Source: Iphione sp. A-MEVVRFRX5 (lineage: Eukaryota). Taken from it: a stretch of 64,000 nucleotides of DNA. The translations under genes and the position numbers were made by a program. Each line of letters opens with the position of its first letter. Position 1 is the first letter of the stretch. The notes under the pieces were generated by a model that worked only from the letters and a program-made list of their open reading frames with translations, did no database searches and was not told the DNA's origin. The stretch covers positions 70,432,001 through 70,496,000 of the forward strand of contig OZ320313.1 in NCBI GenBank assembly GCA_976226885.1. The letters run 5' to 3'. Shown here piece by piece: positions 55,660 to 64,000 of this stretch.

Positions 55660-58600
55660 ATGGATGTCACAGAGGTGTTGAAGTTCCAGGTATGGTTTGT
55701 TTTTATTCAAGTGGGACAAAGGTAATCTTATTCCCGGTGCACACGTGAGAGAAATCAAAGAAAGATATTGTCGCGCCGTAATGGAGGCCTCCAGATTCAG
55801 CATTGGTTATGGTGTCAGGCAGCCAGAGTGGGGTTACCAAATTTTGACGAGAGGAGTTATCCCCCCCCCCCCCACACACACACGCACATTACCAACATCA
55901 ACACGATGAGAGTGTTTCAGGCAACGAAAGTGCTTTCCTTCCTGTTTGGTCCGCAGTTGCGGGCATGTACATGTGGTTTGGGCGGGGAGGGTCGCCTTTG
56001 TTGGTACGTGGCGACTTGGTTTCGCATCAAGGTACATGGACCACAATCACATCTGTGATTTTAGAACAGCGGGTATTGGTTGGATACTCAATAATATATC
56101 TTACTGGTAATTCTGGACCTCCACTGACAGTACTGCTACCACCACCATATCAAGACATTGCATGATGTGCAAGAAATTAAACTTGATTTTATTCCATGCC
56201 CATGCAGGGATACCATGAGCTTACTGTACACTGAGGGGGGGGGGGGTACGGTAAACGTGTGGACAAACGCCGTTGGTATGTGAAAGAATATAGTTCCAAA
56301 GCAATATCATTATAAAATGAAAGTCTTACCATGACTCCTCAAACATATATTTGAACCTAGGATATGTTCTGAAAGGCAAGCAGCAAAAATGGCAGCAAGC
56401 AGATGTTTTTTAACACATGTAGGGGCATGATCTAGGAAGGCTTTTATACTTATTCAGACATGGAATAAAGACAAAATCAGTATAGTGAGATGGGGAAGCA
56501 GTCAAAGACTCGGTCAGGTATCAGTTTCATCCCAAACGAGCCCGGAAGGGTGAGTTTGGGATTCCTGATACCTGACCTCGTCTTTGGCTGCTTCCCATCA
56601 CACTGTACCCGTTTTGTCTAAGTACCATTTTGAAATTCTGATATTTGATCTAGTGCTTAACAGTAACTACAAAACATCTTAGCTGTGAAATCACACATTG
56701 CACCCTGTGGCAACATGATATTGTAAGCCGGAACATAGTGACATGATGGCAGTATCAAACTTTAGCGATGTTTATTCGAAGAAGTCAATCAGGTAAATGA
56801 CAACAGAACTCTGCTCGGCTCAAATTTATACAAAAAATTCTGTCTGGAGCCCCCAATACAATTTGGTAACTCTGCTTTAAACTCACTTATACTCCGTCCT
56901 AGGCGGACTCTGCCCACACTACCCCCTTCTAAATTTTGGCTCAGACCATGAGCCCCAAATAAGAAACACCACCAAATATACGATGATATTCTAACTTCAA
57001 AATAAAGAACCATAAGGCCTAAAAAAAAAGTTGTGTTTCCGGTAACAAGCCCAAAATGAACAGGGTCGGTCGGTAGGTAGCATTTTTTTTATTTTTCTTT
57101 TTTTTTCAATGTTAATTCATGCTGCCATTAGGAAATGTGTATGGATATATCACTTATATTAGTTAGATTTTAATAAAACTTATATCAAATGAAAGCTAGT
57201 AACATAAGGAGTAATTAGGTATATAGAACATGTCTCTATCATTATTCATTATAAAGTTATTCAAAAAACAAGAAAAAAATAAAAAGTTACAATTGGTTAT
57301 AAGAGAGGGTCGGTCGGGTTACCGGAAACACAGACATTTTTTGTTTAGGCCTAAACTTGAATTTTGAGCGTCTTGTGTTTGACTTAAAATGTGATGTACT
57401 TAATGCTTCTGGGGCATGTACTTGCCCGGCCCTTTGAAGTCTGGATGATCTTAACTTGATACTCCTCATCCATGGTAAGCACAGCATGATCAGGGTCAGG
57501 TTGTTCCATTCCGTCATGGGAGCATGTGCAGTGGGCACAGATACCCTCCACCTCCCAGCCCCAAGTCTGTACCCACGCTTCGAGAGTGGAAGCATCCTGC
57601 ACCGGGCTATGCAACAGTAGCCGAACTGTCGGGTGCAAGTCTACTCAGTAGGCATCAGCCTCAGCTTGCACATTGGCCAATCCTTGGGTGGTTACCACCC
57701 TCCATTCCGGTTGGGCTGGGACTAAGGGGGTGACCAGTCATCCATTTCCCAGAGCCGTACCATGGTGGGAATATCCAAATTGTGCAGGAGCAAATGTCAT
57801 CGGGCAGTACTCCCAGCTTCACTCCAGTGCTCCCCCATCACCTGGGGAGTGGTGATGTTAGGCCCCACCGCAGTACCTACAGGTGGTGGGGCTGAGTGCC
57901 ATCCTGGTTCCACCAGGGTAGAGGTGGTGAGGGAAAGCAAGACTGCCTCCCCCTCCAGACCACTGATGTCCTGATGGAAAGTTGGTGGTGGGTGGGCCTT
58001 GATGAAGACCGGCCCTGCCTGATGGCTTCAACTTTGCCTGCTCTGCCCAGACCGGTCTCAGTGGTCTCTGCCTGGGCTGTTTGGCTGGACGCTACCCTGG
58101 ACTCAGGTGCAGACTCATTTGGGGGGGAGCCTTTCATCTCTGTCTGGTGTCTGGCTGAGCTCTGCCATCAAGTTCGAGAACAAGTTGCTGGCAGGGGGCT
58201 GGCTGAGCAAGGACAGCCTCGGCAGTCTCCTGCTCCACCTCTTGGGCCAGAGTGAGGAGAGTCTGGGTGGCCTCCTCAATGTCCTCAGGGCGTGGCTCTG
58301 GTAGGGGAACTGTGGCTGCTCTCCTGGAAGAGTCTAAAACTGCGTACCACACATGGCCCGCAATTGCCTTTGCTGGCTTGAGAGCTGGTAATCGGCGATG
58401 GTTGGTGGAATCTTAGGAGTGCCTTTTTTCTCTCTGTAGGTGAGGATAACCACCTCCCCCTCTTTGTCTTCAGACTGTCCCTAGTCAGCCCCCAGCTGAG
58501 GGTCCAGTTTGCAGGCCTCCTGACTGAGGGAAGATTAGGATAAGCCCAGTGTCATGGAAAGGGAGAAGGGGGGCACTCAGGCTGTGGTCATGGGTCTGGC

Positions 58601-61600
58601 CATGACCTTGCTGTTCTTATCTCTGACAGGCGGAAGTCACATCTCGAGTCTGAGTCTTGATATGGGACTACCACCTTAGAGAGGTCCAGATACCTGTCAT
58701 CCCCTTCCACTGGGCTGTGTGGGGCCTGGCTTTCACAGCCACCTGGGGTGTTGTGCTCTGTCTAGTTGGAAGCTGTCTCTGATTCAGGGGACCGGCACTC
58801 ATGATGATGGGCCTCACTTGTGGTGGCAGTTCACAGCAGCTGGGATGTGAGTCCAGCGCTTCTTGGGTGTGGCGATGTATGCAGGCCGAACAGCTGGGCA
58901 TCGATGGAGCTGCCACAAATGGAACCAAACCCAAAAGGTCTGGCCGGCAGCAATCGCGGATTCCCTTGCACTGTGCAAGAGTTAGCTTCTCTTTTTCCCC
59001 CATGAGGCCATAACTGGGGGCCTGACTGCTCGGGTGTCACCACCACCTCCCTGCTTTCCTCATCCTGGTTGTCGTCCTCCTCCAAATCTTTCACAAAGGT
59101 CGAAGTGGAAGCAGCTGATCATCCCCGGTGACTGCTCCTGTAGTGCTTGGGCGGCTGGCGTTCCTGTCAGGGCTGGAGTGGCAGGGGCTTGTGATGCATC
59201 ATGGCCTGCTCCTTGGCCCGCTCAATACTTTTTCACCTCCAACTTCTGCAAGTGTTCCTCCCACTGCTCTGGGGCAGCACTGCAGGGCCGGGCAATGCCT
59301 GGTGAAGCCCAGTGAGCTATGCTTGTCCATGTGCTTCTCCAGGTTCCCTGGCCTCATGGTGCTGTACCCACACAGACTGCAACTGTGGCTAGGTCCTCCA
59401 TCTCCACCATAGCTGACTGCTCCTCTCTATCCTTGATCGGATTGGTAGCCAGACACTCTTTTCTTGCCCTGCCCAGAGCACTGCTGACTCTCCACTGGGG
59501 ACTCATGCAGAAGCGGGCTGTGTCCTGGACTTGTCGGTGCAGCCTGCTGCTTCACCCGGGAAGGTAGCATCTCTGCCTTGGGAGATGTACTCTCCACCCT
59601 CATGAAGCTCAGCTTGCGTGGGAAGTGTCTCTGCATAGGTGGAGTCTGCCAGTGTATTGACTGAATGGCAAACTCCGCAGCCTCCAGCTTGTATGCCCTG
59701 TACCATATCTCTGCCAGGCGTTGATTGGCTAGCGCTTTGCATGCTGGGCCCTGATGGGCTACTGCAGGGTAGAGTCTGTTGAACACTCCGCCTGGAGCTC
59801 GTTGTGGGGTGGGCTCCGCCTTCATCTCTGCCGCTGCTCTACTGGTTGGCAGCGAACTCTGACAAGTAATTAGTGGACAGGTCTCACACTGCTTCCTCTA
59901 AAGCCAGGACACCAGGTGGTCAGTGGCATCCCTTCTGTAGCGCTGATGTGAAGGGAATTCCACGCAACTTCCATAGTGCTAGTCCAAACTGGCTTTTACC
60001 AGCACATATACACAGGTCCTCTCTCAGGGGCCGCGGCATCACCCGATGCTTCGGACCTAGCACCCCCTGTGTCTGACAATTCAGTTCTCTTAATTCCCTC
60101 TTCAACATCTCCATCAATCCCCACAGCACCACATTCCGTGCGGGGCGTGGAGCCCAGTCACTCCTTGGCGGTGGTCCAACTCCCCTTCTCAATGGCTCTC
60201 CCTCTGCAGATCTGGTGGGGCGGTGGTACCAATGGAATGGCTGGGGTGCCAGGGTTTTGTCAGTCTGCTGGAGTGGATATGCAGCTTTCTTTGTGACTCG
60301 ATTTAGAGCTTGGTAGTTGATAAAAAAATCTCCATGAGTTGTCCTTCTTACACACCAGGACCACCGGCAATGCCCACAGACTGATAGACAGTTCCAGGAC
60401 ACCCTGACGCACCATGCAATCCACTTCCTGCTGCACAACTTCCCACTTCCTGAGGGGGAAGTCGCCTCACTCTCTGCTGTATGGGGTGGTGTCCCTCCAC
60501 CTTGATCCGATGCTGGACTCTGGCTTGTCCAAGTGAACCCCCTTCTTTGTGGAAGCAACCCTGGTTCCTGCTTAGCATATTCATGATACTTTGCCACTCC
60601 TCCTCGCCCAGTTCATCCTGACGTCCCTGCATGAGCATCTCCACTGCCACACTGGTCCTGACCTCCTTCGCTCTGGGCTGGATGCTCAGAGCTGCCCCCA
60701 ACTCCTCCAGCTGCTCAACCAGTTGGGCCCTTCCTCCGGCAGTCCCCTTCCTCCGGCAGTGCTCGTCTGGTCCAGTGTTGACTATCTCGACCTGTCCAGA
60801 GTGACTTCCCACCCACCATAACAATCCCACCAGTCTCAGCCTGGACCTTGCCTCCCATTCGTGGGAGGGCTCCACCAACATGGCCTCCTCAACATTGTCC
60901 AGCCCATCCCATGCCACGGGGGCCTCCAGTGCACTATAACCATCCAGTTGGCAGTCTTCCTTCAGCACCACCTTGCACTTCCAGTGTCCATCTTCCTCCT
61001 GAAGGTGCACCCTCAGTGCAGCCCCGTCGGTGTACACTTGTGCCTTCCATCTGCGGAGGGTGTGAAGGCTCAGAATAGCAGGGCAATCAATCCGTGCTAC
61101 CCAGGCCTTGACCCTCAACTCTGCCTCTCTGAAATGCACCCTGATGCAGGTTCAGCCATGCCCAAGCAGTGGGTTCCATCGGTGCAGAGGATGTGGCTAG
61201 CTGCTGGATCCAGCTCCAAGTCCATTTTGAAGTGCCCCGGATCCTCGCATTTAAAGCATTCCTTGGGCGCACTCTTCTTACAACGCTTGGCCTCACCTCC
61301 ACGTTCTCCCACCAGCTGTACTAGCAACTGCTTCAGGATTGCTGCAGGCTTGGTTGGAGGGGCCACCACCACCTCAATCCGATGGATCTTCTTCAGGGTG
61401 GAACAATCTTGTATATTCAGGTAGTAGGACTCGGCGCCTTGTGAACACCCGCACCTGGGTAACCCACTTGTGGGTTTTCTCGTTGGCTAGGGCCCAGATG
61501 TAGTACTCCTTGCACATCCTATCCTTCCATGCTCCGCGTGCCTGCGGGTGGGCCAGCTGTACAAGCCTCTCCACCTCATCTGTGAGGTTGGCCAGAGCTT

Positions 61601-63860
61601 TGTCTTTCTCCTGGTGCCTCCCCTTCAATGGACCGATCACTGAACGTTGAAGTAGCGGGTAGCGCGGACGTAATTTTTACATAATTGCGACATTGTCTCA
61701 ATTTTGAGCAATCTGATTGGTCGATCCACGTCATGACGTAAAAGTTATGTCTGTGCTACCCGTTTCTTTCGCAGCTGGCGATCGGCTCATTGTTGGATGT
61801 ACATGTCAGTCTTATGTTTTGATTGAAAGCACTTGGTAAGGGCCTCCACCAGCTCAGCATAGGCTCCTGGTCTTGTCACATTGATGCCGGACCTCCTCAG
61901 GACAGCTGACTTCCTGAGTGTGATGCCCAACTGGAGGGCCTTCTCCTGCTCGGCCCACTGGTTGGCCGTAGCCACCAGCTCAAAGTGCTAGAGAAAGTCT
62001 CAAAGAGGGGTACTTCCGTCAGACATGTCCGGCTTGACCTGGGACTTTCTCAGTGGTGTTTCGGCCTTGAGGGTGGCCTGCAGTACCTGCACAAAAATTG
62101 CTTGCATAAATTGTCGAGGGGGGGGGCTGAAGGGAATAGACTTTAGGATAAGATAAAGGGTAGGGAGTGATTTGTTAGGAAGGGAAAGAGAATTTGACGG
62201 AGGGACTGACGAGGAGGCATGGAGGGAGGGAAAGAGATCGAAGGAGAGGATAGAGTGATTGAAGGTAGGGAAGGAGGGATTTAAGATAGGAGAGAAAACC
62301 TAATGAGATGGAATTAGAGGATGAGAAGAGAAGGGGGGGTGTTGGCAGAAGGGATGGAGAGATTGACAAGAGTGATTAAATTTAGAAGGACGAAGAGATT
62401 TTAGCAGTACATATACATGTATATGTACATGGCAGTGCTACCACCATGGTGGTCAGCAGCAGAATGCTCTTAGTGATGACGGTCAGTTAAGGCCCTTGAC
62501 GAAAAGGAGCCATTGAAGCAGTGCACCTGCCACCTGGTGAGAGACAGCGAAATCGGCCACACTTGCTTCTCGTGTTTACATGTAATTCCGATTGTCCATT
62601 TTGGCTGATATTTATTATTTCTGTCTGCATGGAATGTGTTTAAAATTATTTGTATTCATATAGCTGCGTACCTATACCTTTCCCCTATCCATTCCCGACA
62701 CCCTTCTACCCTTCTTTTGTAACCCTGTCTGTACAGCTCTGTTGCTATTCCTGTTTTATTACTCTGCTTAAGAGCAAGATTACTGCAAATTAACAAACCT
62801 CACTTATATCACCCTCTTGAACATAGCTCACACTGTTGACGAGTATTCTTCAAATTTTTCAATTATGTGTCAATACATTATATATATTTCTTTTATTTAT
62901 ATTTCATTTTCTTCATCTTCTTCCCGATGCCTCTCTTTAAAAAAATGTGGATAAATAGACGTAGAAACACCAAAGAAGGATACCCACCAAATACAGCAGA
63001 TAAGGTTGAGCCTCTGCACCACGGCGCGATACGTGCACAAAGAAAATGGGAATCAAATTTCACAATTATGAAGCACCATCATGGACATTTACTACCTTTG
63101 TGATCAATTGCACCATCGTTTGGTTTGAGTATACCTCCGTTATTGTAGCTTGACCTTATACAGTGGGTGCTAGTGTCTACATCACTCATGATAGAGGAGG
63201 TTTTGATATCTACTTTTTGTACTTTCTTTACACTTTCCAGCCTGAAAAACCTTCTTTGCCTGCAAAACGATCCCTAGAGGACGAGAATGGCGGTCCACCA
63301 ATTGCGAAGCGCCAGACAGTAGAAGATAATGACATCAGTCTAGATCAGCTTGACGACGATCAGGAGGTACATATATGTAATAATCTAGTTGATTTACTTC
63401 CATTGGTTGGTCTCCTGAGATGTGTATCAATGCTCAGCCTTAGGTATACTAATGTTTATTTTTGTATATATACATATATCAACATTTTGGAATTATCGTC
63501 AATGAATTTCATACATGTGTACTGAACTACATGACTTTTGGAAAAGAAATTCTGATGGAGGTGACCGGACTTAATCGTGAATGAATATGAATGGGATTAC
63601 AATTTCAATCGTCCTTTGATATTACCATTTTGCTACAGGGAATGTTCTCTTTAGAAAATTTAAAATGTCTGATTTGGCATGGAGGAGGATGGCTTGGGTA
63701 TGAGCGGAATGTTATGTCGGTTTTTTTTGCACGTATCATGTCCTTTTTTTCAGGGCGAGGCTTTTGATGATACTGCTCTAAAAAAGATGATTCTACAATT
63801 TGAAAAAAGAGTCTATAGAAATCAAGAAATGAGGATCAAATTTCCAGATCTACCAGAAAA
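55660..63860 (+). CDS. CTNNBL1: Beta-catenin-like protein 1, first three coding exons (gene continues beyond the window)
   Basis: Exon 55660-55689 MDVTEVLKFQ|GT (vertebrate MDVGELLSYQ); exon 63241-63366 PEKPSLPAKRSLEDE...; exon 63754-63860 GEAFDDTALKKMILQFEKRVYRNQEMRIKFPDLPEK (vertebrate KKMILTFEKRSYKNQELRIKFPDNPEK). GT-AG boundaries and phases are compatible. Confidence 0.9.
56481..56607. repeat. Foldback MITE-like hairpin in CTNNBL1 intron 1
   Basis: TATAGTGAGATGGGGAAGCAGTCAAAGAC..GGTCAGGTATCAG..ATCCCAAAC, a loop, then GTTTGGGAT..CTGATACCTGACC..GTCTTTGGCTGCTTCCCATCACACTGTA. Confidence 0.75.
57013..57354. mobile_element. Non-autonomous TIR element with GGCC termini, related to 42580-42928
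   Basis: AGGCCTAAAAAAAAAAGTTGTGTTTCCGGTAAC pairs with GTTACCGGAAACACAGACATTTTTTGTTTAGGCCT. Confidence 0.55.
57900..62100 (-). mobile_element. Heavily deleted Gypsy element related to B, antisense in CTNNBL1 intron 1; LTRs not identified
   Basis: gag QVKP...HFELVATANQWAEQEKALQL; knuckle CFKCEDPGHFKM; RT start QHRIKVEGHHPIQQRVRRLP and LNRVTKKAAYPL. Most of RT, RNase H and integrase is missing. Downstream GC-rich ORF remnants at 59900-57900. Boundaries approximate. Confidence 0.75.
61631..61790. mobile_element. Small palindromic insertion in the gag of the intronic Gypsy remnant
   Basis: CGGGTAGCGCGGACGTAATTTTTAC (61656-61680) pairs with GTAAAAGTTATGTCTGTGCTACCCG (61738-61762), 4 mismatches; interrupts gag homology. 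Confidence 0.65.
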
Positions 63861-64000
63861 GTAAGTAATTGGATCTTTTTTGGTCGATTGTACAGACTTT
63901 AATGAATTTTTCCCGCGGACCCTCTTTTGATTGATTGTGTTTCACATAAACTATTTCAGTACATTAACAGTAAGAGCAGGTGTTACATATTACTGCATGG

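Noticed and set aside
62100-62600. 5' LTR and PBS of the intronic Gypsy remnant
   Set aside because: Only a weak TGGTGGTAGC PBS-like match near 62440, and no matching LTR copy near 57500-57900.
63367-63753. Additional small CTNNBL1 exon
   Set aside because: Candidate AG/GT pairs give wrong phases or stops; the flanking exons join in frame without one.
1-64000. tRNA, rRNA or snRNA genes
   Set aside because: None recognised by eye; only PBS complements of tRNA ends. A covariance-model scan would be needed to exclude them.

Overview
Intron-rich invertebrate-type metazoan genomic DNA with two assembly gaps; the species cannot be determined from this window. The left half (1-31 kb) is a retrotransposon cluster. 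It holds two Mag-like Ty3/Gypsy elements (261-5727 and 18913-25120) with 5-bp TSDs but damaged 5' LTR/PBS junctions, a tRNA-Leu-primed Gypsy element (9210-17701) with a ~3.2-kb extra ORF carrying C2H2 zinc fingers and 36-aa repeats, integrase and gag fragments, and many MITEs. The right half holds ZC3H18 (minus strand, 18 predicted coding exons, 46289->32225) head-to-head with the first three coding exons of CTNNBL1 (plus strand). A nearly intact DIRS1 tyrosine-recombinase retrotransposon (46911-51767) lies in the predicted ZC3H18 5'-UTR intron, and a decayed Gypsy lies in CTNNBL1 intron 1. The best leads are: (i) the zinc-finger accessory ORF in the Gypsy element; (ii) a tandem array of tRNA-Ser(GCU) primer-binding sites inserted in frame into a gag gene; (iii) a predicted splice that would fuse DIRS1 Gag in frame to its tyrosine recombinase. 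All calls come from reading the sequence by eye; no searches were run.
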